From Eledone cirrhosa (lineage: Eukaryota), in the NCBI GenBank assembly GCA_964016885.1, contig OZ024740.1:198896001-198960000 (forward strand): 64,000 nucleotides of DNA, given 5' to 3'. A program made the translations under genes and the position numbers. The notes under the pieces are model-generated. The model saw nothing but the letters and a program-made list of their open reading frames with translations. It made no database searches and was not told where the DNA came from. Below, piece by piece: positions 29,400-41,933 of this stretch (its first letter is position 1; the number at the start of each line of letters is the position of its first letter).

Positions 29400-30271
29400 C
29401 ACAATATATTAATAAATGGAAACTATTTTTATAAAACCATATTTATTTTATTATATATATTTCAAGGGCAGCCAAGGCAAATTATGATGCGCTTTCATCA
29501 GATAAAATACAGATTTGTTTTATAAATAAATATTGACATACCCGGAAAAAAGACAACCTTAACGGTCGAGGCTTCCTGGATAGTGGAGATAATGTTTTAT
29601 TTAGGGTAATACAAAGTTATGAGTGAGTATGCAAATGAGTGTCCGAAGTGTTGAAAAGATAACGGTTTATTTAAATTAAACTGTTGGAAGAAGATGATAT
29701 GTAAGGGAGAGAGAAAAAAGAAAAGGAAGGAGAAATAGAGAAGAGGAAAGAAAGAACGATTATACATTGTGATAGTGAAGAAAGTCAGAGAGAATGAAGA
29801 AATAAGTTTTAATGGACAAATATACATAGCGTAAATATATCTAAGTGACAGAAGAAGTGAAAGAAGAAATAAGATTAACGCGGAAGAATAATATTTAGAA
29901 TGTAGGGTTCATTACGTTAATATTATAATATTTATAATGATAGGTTGAAAAATTAGATTAAAAATCAAAATTAAAGATTAAAATTTGCCTTAATATTAAA
30001 GAATTAATTTAATATTAATATTAAAAAAATATTAATATTAAAAATTAAAAATTAAAAATTAAAAATTAAAAATTAAAAATTAAAAATTAAAATTAAAACA
30101 GAAGTATTTATATTATATTAAGGTGTATTAGTAATAATATATTGGTTTAGATGTGTATGTTATGGATTATAAATTATTTAAATAAATATATATTATTTTA
30201 CATTAGAGAAAATCTAGTATAGTATATTTTTAAGCTTGTTGAAGCCCAACAAATTAAATATAACCTCTGCA
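29400..30271. mobile_element. PLE family C-related remnant with hammerhead at 29444-29509 (-)
   Basis: The minus strand reads TATTTTAT-CTGATGA-AAG..CTT-GAAA-TATATA-TA-ATAAAA; 30220-30271 resembles the family C tail on +. Confidence 0.65.
30036..30098. repeat. (ATTAAAA)n heptamer tandem repeat
   Basis: Direct reading. Confidence 0.9.
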
Positions 30272-30282
30272 TATATATATAT

Positions 30283-32529
30283 AATGTATAATAAACAATA
30301 CAATATAATTACCTCATTACCAGAGGTTTCCCGAATAAGACGAATACAAGAAAGGCAAAAGTTTAACGGGCAAATAAAATATATAAATAAAGGTAATGCA
30401 AAAGATGTATAAACATAAAATAAGGAAATATAGTAAGGGTATGTGTATAAATGTGTGTATATGCACCTACAAATGTACATATGTGTGTATGTACAAATGC
30501 ATGTGTATAGTGAAAAAATGTGTGCGTAAGTACATACATGAGGGCAAGCATATCAGTGTATGTGTGACCACAAATACGTATATAATATATGTCGAAATAA
30601 GAAATTGTAAGATAATAAATTTAGCGTGCATACAGACTCAGAGACTAAGGATTGAAATATATACACATACAAGGATGAAAGCACGCGTATAAACATACAC
30701 ACACGTGCAACCACATACATGTATGTGATATATACAGGGAAGGGTGTGTATCAGTCAAAGCAGTGTCAGGCTGAATGTCGATACAGATAAAAATATAAAA
30801 TATGAAAATGAAATAATATATAAGAATAAAAAAATTAAATCAAATAGAAAGTAAGAGGAGGGGTTATCAATTATAAAGTAACACTAGAAAAAATAAATAA
30901 AAAGTAGAAAACATACAGAGGTTCGTACGCACATATATATATATAAATATATATATATATACGTACAGACAAAAGCACATACATGCACACTTACACGCAT
31001 ACATACAATATAAAAACCAGCCGTATGAATAAATGAGTACAAATTATACGCAAGTAAACATAAATAAAAGTGGCTGAGTGACAACAGAATATATCTAAAG
31101 TTGAAAACTCAAATGACCAGTGATATCAGGTAGAGAAAGAAAAGTGTGAAGTAAAATATGTAAAATTGTGAAGATATAAAGTAAGTGAATTAAAAAGCAT
31201 GGGCGTGGGGGGTGGGGGGTCACTAGTGGATGTGAAGTCAAAATAAAGTTAAAAATAAAAATAAAATTAAATCAGAAAGAGAAGTCTGTAAAGAAGGTAA
31301 GTTAAGGAAAGTGAAGAACAAGAATTTATGGAGGATAAGTATCTGAAAGTGAGTTAAGTTTATGAGCTGGAAAGCAAGTGTGATTTCCTGAGCTGGAAAG
31401 CAAGTGTGATGTCATTTTGCATGCTAGAAACACTTTACTGTTTACTAATAATGACACTTGGGTAAAACATATGTGTGTATACGCGTTTGTATATGTATAC
31501 GAATGCATTCGTATGTGCGCGTGTATGTGTATATGTGTGTGTGTATGTGTGTTTTTATATCTACGTTTTGTACATACTTATATATATATATATATATATA
31601 TGGTTGCGTGCGTGTGATTAGATGTACATGTATGTATATATATGTGTATCGTGTATATGTATGCGCGCTTTTGTATGTATGTACGCATGTATGTGCTTTT
31701 GTCTGTACGTATATATGTATTTTTATATATATATATATGTGCGTACGAATCTCTGTATGTTTTCTACTTTTTATTTATTTTTTCTAGTGTTACTTTATAA
31801 CCACTCCCTCTTACTTTCTCTTTGATTTAATTTTTTTATTCTTATATATTATTTCATTTTCATATTTTATATTTTTATATCTGTATCGACCTTCAGCCTG
31901 ACACTGCTTTGACTGATACACACCCTTCCCTGTATATATCACATACATGTATGTGGTTGCGCGTGTTTTTATGTTTATACGCGTGCTTTCATCCTTGTAT
32001 GTGTATATATTTCAATCCTTAGTACCTGAGTCAGTATGTACGCTAAATTTATTATCTTACAATTTCTTATTTCGACATATATTATTTACGTATTTGTGGT
32101 CACACATACACTGATATGCTTGCCCTCATATATGTACTTACGCACACATTTTTTCACTATACACATGCATTTGTACATACACACATATGTACATTTTTTG
32201 GTGCATATACACACATTTATACACATACCCTTACTATATTTCCTTATTTTCTTTTTATACATCTTTTGCATTACCTTTATTTATATATTTTATTTGCCCG
32301 TTAAACTTTTGCCTTTCTTGAGGAGATTTTTCAAATATTTCACTATGTTTTAAATTGCCTTGTCTGACGAACGAATGAGGACGTTTCTTGTATTCGTCTT
32401 ATTCGGGAAACCTCTGGTAATGAGGTAATTATATTGTATTGTTTATTATACATTAAATTTAGCTCTGTAACTTACATAGAGCACTCTTCACTCCTATGAC
32501 TTCTTTAATTTTCAACGGAAACATCATTA

Positions 32530-32531
<2 letters not shown>
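30283..32531 (+). mobile_element. Non-coding PLE 3' region (family D) with ~720-bp inverted arms
   Basis: 30283-31006 is the reverse complement of ~31673-32455 (the left arm lacks ~32320-32384); hammerhead and tail on +. Confidence 0.78.
32354..32429 (+). ncRNA. Type I hammerhead ribozyme motif (family D)
   Basis: ATTGCCTTGT-CTGACGA-aCGAATGAGgACG..CGTCTTATTCGg-GAAA-CC-tct-GG-TA-ATGAGGTAAT. Confidence 0.72.
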
Positions 32532-32565
<34 letters not shown>

Positions 32566-33529
32566 GATATATATGTTTCTGTATACCTTTGTGATATTCA
32601 GTTAAGTTTGTGCTGGCAACAAAATATTTCACTCTAACTAAAAATTGTATATCCAAAGTTCATTCAATAATATAGCCTCGACAATAATCACTACTTCACT
32701 GATTGAAATCAATTGACAGCACCTATATTTGGTAGTTAACTTTTCAATTATATTAGAAGGTTAATCTAATGAAGATCAGTGTGAAATAATACAATGAAAG
32801 TGTCTGTACATTAATCCATTTAAATGATGCTGGGGTTTTTATGTGAGAGCAAAACGATACATAGATTGATAGTGAGCAAGATAGTGACTAAATCGGAGGG
32901 AGATGTGATAAGAAGATAGAGAGAGAGAGAGCTGTCGCGAAAGAGAGTTAGGTAGAGGGAGGTGGGCCTGCTACGTAATACGTATGAGTGAGAGAAAGAT
33001 AATGAGAGAAATCCGAAGTCGAAGGTGACCGAGAGAGAAAGAATGAAAGGAGGATAGTGAGTTTTTAAATGAGAGCTGAATAGTTTGCTGTTTGTATATG
33101 ACTTTGATCAGGTTTCTGAAGTTTTATCTGATAAACTGATAAAATGTTAACCATGAAATATATATAGTTAGCCATAAAATGTCTGTATCCTTTTTCATTT
33201 TGTTTTAGTTATCCTTATTTGCATTCACAGAGAGCTGAATCATATTCAAAAGAGCATTATAGATATATAACGGAAAACAAACGGCTGTAATTTACAATAA
33301 AATGGACTCAAGTTTCTTTCGACGATAATTGTTCCAGTTACATGAGGAACAGGACAGCTTACTCTTGAAATTAAGGTGGATGTATGTGTCAGTGCACTTC
33401 ACAGACATGCCTACAATTAACATAAATTTCAGGGATATTCAGCATGATAATTACAGGAACAGTCTATCAGACGGGTTTCTAGACTGTATACTCTATTTCA
33501 CACAAAAGGCATAAGTCATTTCGAGGATA

Positions 33530-33615
33530 TGGTAAATGACGCTTGCCCCAAATGCGATGCAGCGGAATCGGACTTAGGACCTAACGATTGCGAAACAAAT
33601 CTCTTTATCCTCAAG
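33530..33615 (-). mobile_element. Old degenerate tRNA-SINE fragment
   Basis: cttgcccca..gcagcggaatcggac..acctaacgattgcgaaacaaatctcttta resembles the reverse of a SINE head. Confidence 0.4.
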
Positions 33616-33909
33616 CTTCCTTCGTCGATTGCTGTAATTTAAAATTTATAGCAATTCAAATACTTGGGTCTCTTTCATACAAACCTACGTTTTCAAAGGA
33701 TTGTGATAGGTTTGTTAACCCTTTTGACATTAAATCGCTTAAAAGTGGTTCTTCGAGAGAATACAATATATTTTAAATGCGTCATATTTATGAAAGTAAC
33801 TTCCACCATAATTTTATGTTCCAGCCGTCAGTTTAACAATGTGTGTGTGTGTAGCTATTTTTTTTCTTTCTGCTGAGTCCGAATAACATTAACAATAATA
33901 ACAATAATT

Positions 33910-34096
33910 GTTTCTACTTTAGGCACAAAGCCAGCAATTACCCAGTGCATTACTGGTACTTTATTTTATCGACCCCGTAAGGATGAAAGGCAAAGTTAAC
34001 CTCGGCGGGATTTGAACTCAGATCATAAAGGGCCGTAACTCTTTGCTGCAAAGCATGGCGTCCGTCACTCTACCGATACTGCCAATCCACCGCCCT
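33910..34096 (-). mobile_element. tRNA-derived SINE (octopus type), full length
   Basis: The minus strand reads ggcggtggattggcagtatcgg..gagttcaaatcccgccgaggttaactttgcctttcatccttacggggtcgataaaataaagtacc..gtagaaac, followed by an ATT/GTT tail. Confidence 0.9.
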
Positions 34097-34735
34097 TCAC
34101 AATAAAAATAACAATGATAATAATGATAACAATAATAATAGCAATAATAATAATAAATATAACCATCAACTATAATAAGTGTGTCTACTTTTGACACAAG
34201 GCCCGCAATTAATCTGCAATTGTTCAACACATTACACAATACTTGGGATAGTAAAATAACACTATATTAGAATGAGTCGCAGCCAAACGGATGAACTCTT
34301 GCTCTTTCAACAACTAGATCCAGACTGTTGGGAACTAGCTGCTGAAACGGCAAAAGCTCAGACCTCGGACACAGACTATTTTTTCATATATATACTTGTT
34401 GTGTGTGGGTATTTTACGTTTTCTCACAATTGTAAAGGGGCCTTTTTAACATGAGTACTCAATACAAATTAGTACAAATTATATATTTAATTGACATTTA
34501 TCCTGACAAAAACAGTCTTGGTCCGTTCAAAACGAATTGCTCACAGTGATTTATGTTAATTTTTTAGATCCAAGGGTAAACCCGGGACCAGCTGAATGGC
34601 TGGTTACTTCGGACCAGCTGAATGGCGTGCTTGATGACTGTGCCTCCACGACCATTCCCCAAAATAAGGGTAGTGAAGCAGAGAAAGGAAAGAAGAGGGA
34701 AAAGAAAAGAGGAAAACCTTAAAAAAAAAAAAAAA

Positions 34736-34779
<44 letters not shown>

Positions 34780-34780
<1 letters not shown>

Positions 34781-35462
34781 CATTGACCATATAATTTCAA
34801 TGTGCAGTCCTATAGCTCCAACCGAATACCTAAACAGGCATGATAGAGCTGCACAATACATACATTGGATAATGTGTAAGCATTTTGACCTGCCCCATCA
34901 AAAGAATTGGTGGGAGCATCAACCACCTCCCATACTTGAAAAAGATCACATCTCAATCTTGTGGAACTTTAGCATCCAAACAGACCGAAAAATAGATGCA
35001 AATAGACCTGATATAATATTGAAGGACTTTCAAAAGAGGGTATGCCTGCTAATTGATATGTCTGTTCCAATAGACAAGAATGTATCTATAAAAACATTTG
35101 AAAAATTGAGCAAGTATAAGGACCTGGAGATAGAAATTGGAAAAATGTGGAAATTGAGAACTAAAACAATACCAGTGGTTGTAGGCGCTCTGGGAATGAT
35201 ACCTAAGGGGTCTAATGACTACTTATCGCAAATCCCAGGAAACCCGCGTATAGGAGAAACACAAAAGATAGTACTAATGGGAACTGCCCACATACTAAGG
35301 AAGATTCTGTCAATATAAGTACATCACAAGTCTAAACACTAAAGATGCATGTGTGAATATGTATGTTCTTTCTTGAACATGGCGGACCTTGTTGTCTCTT
35401 GAGGTCACTGGTTGTGACTTGGTGATAACTCGTATGAACATAAAGCAAGATAAATGCAACTG
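34780..35462 (+). mobile_element. R4/Dong-like family X, 5'-truncated (RLE domain + 3' UTR)
   Basis: ORF 34800-35318: YLNRHD..RPDII..LIDMSVP..EKLSKY; flanked by (AAT)n. Confidence 0.9.
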
Positions 35463-35486
35463 TAATAATAATAATAATAATAATAT

Positions 35487-36006
35487 ACAAAGTAAACAAT
35501 TTACCACATTCTGAGAAATGGTATGAGCATAAGCCAGAGTCGGTGATAGAAAACGATCAGGTGAAGGTGCTGTGGGATTTTAGGATACAGACGGACAAGA
35601 AACTGGAACACAATAGACCTGCCCTGGTGGTTGTGGACAAAGAAAAATGATCGTGCCTGAGTGTGGATGTGGCCTGCCCATTCGACACGAGAGTGCAAGA
35701 GAAGGAGAGGGAGAAAATTAACCGATACCAGGAATTAAAGTGGGAGGTAAACAGGATTTGGAACGGCCATGAAGTCAAAGTGGTCCCGATTGTCATAGGC
35801 GCACTAGGTACTATCTCAAAAAATTTCCAGGGATGGTTAAAGAAAATTGGCCCCGCCACACTTTTTGGAACGCTTCAAAAGGCATGTTTGCTGGGAACAG
35901 CAAGAACACTCAGATACGTCCTGAATATCTGAGGCTGCAGGTAGTGGCTTGATATTCATTTCAACAAACTTTCCAGTTAACTAACATCAATGACTGAGAC
36001 TCAAAG
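35487..36006 (+). mobile_element. R4/Dong-like family Y, 5'-truncated
   Basis: WYEHKPE..LWDFRIQTD..DVACPFD..EKINRY..LLGTARTLRYVL; flanked by (AAT)n. Confidence 0.9.
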
Positions 36007-36046
36007 AATAATAATAATAATGATAATAATAATGATAATAATAATG

Positions 36047-36078
<32 letters not shown>

Positions 36079-36080
<2 letters not shown>

Positions 36081-39000
36081 TTTCTTTATTGGCCACAAGG
36101 GCTGACATCAAGAAAAAACATTACAGACGGCACAGGACCGTACAGGACGGTACGATGTAGGTTATGTGCGTGTAAAGATTTTTATTATTTATATAAGAAA
36201 AGAAAAAAAGGACATAGAAACATATATATATATAAACAATAAGAATGAAAATTGAAACAATGAAAAATTCCCCAATAACCATCCGAGGGTTACACGTGGC
36301 GAAAACCAAACAAAAGACCACGGCTACCCTGACCACCAGGGCATACGCCCTCTCTCAATTTGTCCATTTCTCAAACTACAGACGTATATTCAGAGCGGTC
36401 CCGTTCACTCGGACCATTCTCGCTACATTCACCCACCTTTCAACAAACTTGCTAGAAAGCAGCACTTGCCTCACCACCCTGATTTTCCACAAAAAGCGGG
36501 AGAGAAGGCGCTCCATTTTGGAGACGACGGTGAGGCGGTAGCAGATGACGGATGCGATGTACGCATTCGCTACCTCTGCCCGGCCTTTCAGGGACAGCTT
36601 CCTCTCGACCCATTTCTGGGTGAGGGAGGACACCTTGCTCGTCACCTCGTTCCAGTTTTTCTCCATCTGGAGGTCCGGTACGAACCAGACCCCGAGCAAT
36701 TTAACCGGTCCGTCCGTCCAACGACGGCGACGCTGTCGGACGGCATGGACTTGCCACTCCAGGTGCCGAGCTTCAAGCCCACCGACTTTTTCTGGTTTAT
36801 ATTTGCTCCTGTCACCGTTGCGTATTCCTTGAGAGCGGTGCCTAGCAACAGGACGTGCCTGGTGCTCCACACCACCACGGTGACGTCGTCGGTGCAAGCT
36901 GACTCAGATTCCACGCACCCTAGTTCGCGTGGGACGCCCCTCATTGCCCCCAGTTTGTGCAGTAACGACTCGAGAGCCAATGCGTACAAGAGAGACGAGA
37001 GGTGACAACCCTGGCGGACTGAGCGCATGATGCTGAACGGCTGTGACAGGTGCCGTTCACCCTCACGACGGAGCAGATTTTGCTGTACATCGCAGCGATA
37101 CAACCCATTGATAACGGGCCCGAACCCGGCAGCCTCGAGGACCGCCGCCAGATACCTTGTCGACCCTATCAAATGCTTTGGATTGATCCAAGTTGATCAG
37201 GGCCCCACCCATGTCAGGTTCCTTAACCAGCCTCTCTATGATGTATCGCATGAGGTGGATGTTGTCGTGTATGGAACTGTCCGGAATGGCGCATGTCTGC
37301 GCCCCCCCCCATCAGAATCTTGACGACAAGCGCCAACATCATTGCTAACACCATGGCCAAAATCTTGAACTCTGCGTTTAGCAGGGTTATGGGCCTGAAA
37401 TTATCGATAACATCCCCCTTGTTCGGGTCTTTTCTCAGCAGCGCCACCGCTCCCCGACTCACAAAACTGGCAATGCTCCCGTTCTGCTGCCAGTTGCAGT
37501 AGACGTCTGCCAAGAGGTCACCGAACAAGTCTGGCATAAATGCATAAAGCTCGTAGACCAGACCATCCAAACCTGGCGATTTACCCCTCGTGCAGTTAGC
37601 CATCGCTTCCCGTATTTCACCGGCTGTTATTGGCTTTTCGCAACACTGTGTTGCGGTCGTCGAGAGCCGAGGCAGTCCGTCGAGGTATGCACTGAAGTAC
37701 ATGCCCCGATCCGGGCAGCCGCTGCTGCCGAACATTTCAGCAAATTGCTGCTGAAAAGCTTCACACATCTTCTCGGGTTCAAGCAACACGCACCCGTTTT
37801 GGTCAGACAAGGACCAAATTGTGGCTTTGTTGCCACGTCGCGCCTCTGCCACCCGGGCGCATTGGACGGCTTTTGTCCCCTCGTCTTTCAGAGCACGCGT
37901 TCTAGCTCTGACAACGCAGCCTTCGTGTTTTGCGTTGAACAATTGGTCGAGTGCTAATCTCTCCGCAAGCACGTCGGTTGCCATGCCTGACCTAAACGCC
38001 TCTCCTAGCTTTCTGACTAGCTCTCCCTCTACTCTATTTTCCTCTATCACAACTCCTTTGCTAAACCTAATCGACTCTACTTTAATTGCCCTTTTCAGGG
38101 CGAACCACCACCTGTTGTTGACGACCGCTCCCGTCAACGCCCGCTTAACTAATACGCTAATCCGGTCTCTGTAGACTTTGCGCGCCAGGAAAGACGCGTT
38201 GAGCTTGATCAGGGTGATCCAGTCGATACCTGTCAGACAGTTCAAAACGTCTGAGTAGGTTGGTGAGGCTATTGCACCCTCCTTCCCTATCCACTAGCCC
38301 CACACAATCCCAGCGTGCATCCAAGATACCCTTCCAGTCGCCCACTAACACTAGAGGATGGGATGTTCCAAGAAAGGTCTCTAGACGTCTGAAGAAATCT
38401 GGCCGTCCTGCCCCTGTTGGGGCGTAGACCACTACTAGCCTGAAAGCATTGCCTTCGCTGCCGGTCACGTCCAGCACCACCGACTTACCGTCTGGGTCTA
38501 GGAATAAGGCCCGTATGGCGAGATCCAAGCCTCTCCGAAAAAGGACGCAACCCCTCCCCCCGATCCTGGACGGCTGGGATATGCGTCTACATTGTAGCCG
38601 CCGAAGATCGGTGGGAAGGCTTGTGCTTCGGAGATTCTGGTCTCACTGATGGACACCACATCTATGTTTAGTGACCTGAGGTCGATGAGCAGGTGACCCT
38701 GCTTCCAAGATGACCCCAGGCCACGTGCATTTATACTGCCTATTCTGAGTACGGCCATGATGGATGAGAAACGGGGCAAGTGAGAAAGGGTCACTTACCT
38801 TGATCGTGTGGTGAAGGGACAATAGAACCGTCCCTTTCTCTGGTCATGGGTGTTTCCAAGAGGATGTCAGTGTATATCCTCTTGGGAACCGACCCTCTGA
38901 AGTCTCCAACTGCGTTGGAGAATTTTTGTTTTAAAGGTTTGTACTGTTCTATTGAGATTTCAATGATGTTTATGTTTGTCGGGAGTGTTCTGGATGTTGG

Positions 39001-40992
39001 TGGGGTGTAGTAGTTTTTTTTCTGTGATGTCTGTGTGCTGCTTTATATATTGTATGAGCTCTTTTTTTGCCATGTTTATGGCTGTGTACTTTGGGGGGGG
39101 GGGTGATTTTGTTGCTGTTTTCTTCTTGTTGGTGTTTGGTGTGTGTGTTTTGTTTTGTTTGCGTTGTTGGTGTTTTGGGTGATGCTGATGGTGGTGTGGT
39201 TGTTGTTTTCAGTGGTGCTTGTGGTGGTGATTGTGATGGTGGTGGTGTTGCTGCAAGTTTCCTTGCTGCCTTTACCCCTCTTTGTGTGCCTTCGTCTTTG
39301 GAGGGTGAATCTAAGGTTTTTTTTTCTTTTTTGTTTTTTTGTGGCAGACCGTTTGCCACTTCACTCCCGCCTCAAACTCCATTTTGGATTCCCTGGCGTC
39401 TGGGATGGGTATGTGCTCCACGGGTGTTGGTGGCGGTAGTGGAGCCCTCTTCGGCAATTTTGTTGCTGGTGTAGCTACTTCAAATGTAGCTATTGGTGTT
39501 GCCGGCACTGATGCTGCTGCTTTAGTTGTCCGTGGCCTTGGTAAAAGTACCACGGACGTTGTCCTCCTACTCACAGTGGAAAGGGCTTCTACGTTTGTTT
39601 CCTGCCCTGCTCTTAGTAGCAGCGGACCAGATATTGGAAGAAGAGGGGCCTTCTTCTTCGCTGTCTTCTGCGGGCAAAAGGCACTCAGGTGACCCTTCGA
39701 CTCACAGAGATAACATTTTGGCCGTCTTCCTTCTACGCTTATAGGGAGTTGTAGTCCTTCCTCGATGTCTATGATATCGGGGTTAGCGTCGATACATTCC
39801 TGGTCAGTTTGTATAAGCATTTGCATGCCTATACCTAACCAGTTCTCTCTCCCTATTTTCTCTACTTGCAGCATGGACAGACGCGGCCAGCCAAGGTATG
39901 GGCACGTTGGGTGGGACCTGGATCACTTTGACCCTCACAATTTTCTGCTCGCAGTAGCAGGGCGACAAGACTATCTCCTCACACTTTAGGGTTTCCAAAG
40001 AGTGAGACTTTGCTTCCTGGGGGTGGCGAAAAGTACGTCTACTGTGGCATACTTTCTGCCTCGGGGGATTTGGGTTTTTCGTGCCCTGACGCACCCCAGG
40101 GCCTTTTGGATTTGAGCTTCCTTGGCTCTCTCCACCCGATGATAGATTTTTCTTACGGGGCGGTAAGTCACCGTCCGTAGCTGCTGGTCCTTGAAAAAAT
40201 TGGGTGGAGGTTTCAGGGAGACTCTATTGGCGCTTCTTGTCACCATGGCTCTTGCGACTGCTATCTCCTCCTCTGTGACTAACATTGTCTCGATATTTCG
40301 GGCGACACCTGCAAAAGAAGTGGTCCCTTTTTCAGCAGCACCACTATTGCTGCCGCTACTGGTCTTACTGGTGGTGCTGAGATCGCTATTACAGGTATCG
40401 GTGTCATTGTTGTTGTTTTCGTTGGTACAGTTGTTGGTGTTGTTGTTGTTGTTGTTTTCTTTGATGCTGATGCTGTTCCTACTATTATTGTTGTGGCTGT
40501 TGTTATTATCATTGTTATTGTCGTTCTTGACATTTCCGCTGTTATTTTTGTTATTGTCGTTCTCGACTTCACCGCTGTTATTTTTGTTGTTGCTGTTATT
40601 ATTGATGGTGTTGTTTTTGTTAGAAATATTTGGTAATTTTAAATCTGTAATAATCTTCTTTTCCTTTGTAATATTTTCGTTTATATTTACCTCCGCGCTG
40701 GAACGCTGTCTTGTTGACATGCTGATAAAGTCTCCCTCTCTATGTATTGTCTGACAGCGCTCGCTCTGTTTCTTGTGTTATCCATGTTGAAATTTTTTTT
40801 TGATAATATTTTTACACAAATACGACACACCGTAAAGGGGTGCCGTATTATTTACGAGTGAACCCCTATATTAGGTGGGTCTCTTCTTCTAAACTTTTAT
40901 CAAATTTAAAACTTGAATAAAAGGTTTAGAACGGTTGAAAACGAGGTAAAACGTTGAAAAAAACTGGAGGCGATAAGAAGCGTGGCCTCACC
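36079..40992 (-). mobile_element. Tx1-like non-LTR retrotransposon T1, both ends present, internally deleted and frameshifted
   Basis: ORF1 pieces 39986-40720 and 39311-39874 (CCHC CYLCESKGHLSAFC); ORF2 from 38758: APE (SINARGL, ISET, VYAP, GDW), RT (KSPGLDG, FRPITLLN, LDQSKAFDRV, VRQGC); 3' end ccAATAAAgaaatc-(ATT)n. Confidence 0.92.
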
Positions 40993-40995
40993 AAC

Positions 40996-41026
<31 letters not shown>

Positions 41027-41035
41027 GTAATAATA

Positions 41036-41700
41036 AAGGGAAGAAGACGCACGTGGTGGATAGAGTGTTATGGAATCGCTCCCGTATGTTTTTGATGTTT
41101 AACATATTTAAAACAATTGTGATATAACAATTCGTAGTACACATGCGACATAAAGCACCAGGCTTCTCTCAGGAAATGAGGCCCATAATATCCTGTAATA
41201 TCGCTCAAATATTCAATTTTGTATAATAAATTTTATATTCAAAACAGAAAATGGTTATAAATGGAAGAAAACCCCTCTGTCTACACTATATAGAACAGCC
41301 AAATAACAGCAATTTCACCAACACCACAAACTAGATGCACCACCTATCCGATCACCCCTCTGTGTACACTAAATACAATAGCCAGATAACGGCAATTTCT
41401 CCACCACAAATCCCAGCATAATAATAATAATTACTACTATTATTATTGTCTCAAGTTTTCTCAAAATGTTTAATTCAAATATTAAGGTATTATGTCAACA
41501 CATATATTAAACATACGCGACAAACCGCATAGATACACAGATCAAACAACCGCATGCTACTACAGTCTATTCAACAAAACTCAGTAACGACAAAGCCATC
41601 ATTATAGTCACCGCCGCCACCACTCCATCATTGCTACCACTATCCCATCACCCCCCCCCCCCACTGCTCCTTCATTGTTACCACCACTATTCCCCCACTA
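41036..41700. repeat. Unclassified non-coding module Z, copy 1
   Basis: Starts aaagggaagaagacgcacg at the (AAT)n edge; colinear with 52204-52680 apart from an insertion at ~41420-41580. Confidence 0.7.
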
Positions 41701-41933
41701 CCTATGTTAACTTAAGAAAGGGGGATGTGGCGGTATCACTAGACAAGGGAGAGGCTAGCAAAATATATAAATAGAATGACTTGGTGACCCGGTCAAACGT
41801 CACCGACTTTGGCACTGCTGGCTCCCCCCTTCCCCACCAACAATATAAAAAAGCCCCAGCACCACCACTTGACATAGCCAACAACAATTACAGGCAACTT
41901 CAACAAATAGTATATTATATTATTAATAATAAT

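Noticed and set aside
33910-34096. Functional tRNA gene
   Set aside because: A/B boxes are present but run into a SINE body and tail, with a second copy flanked by a TSD at 26448-26632
33200-34720. Possible small host exons (acceptor-like sites near 33230, 33337 and 34566)
   Set aside because: Splice-like words only; no recognisable protein and no consistent frame, so unsupported without RNA data
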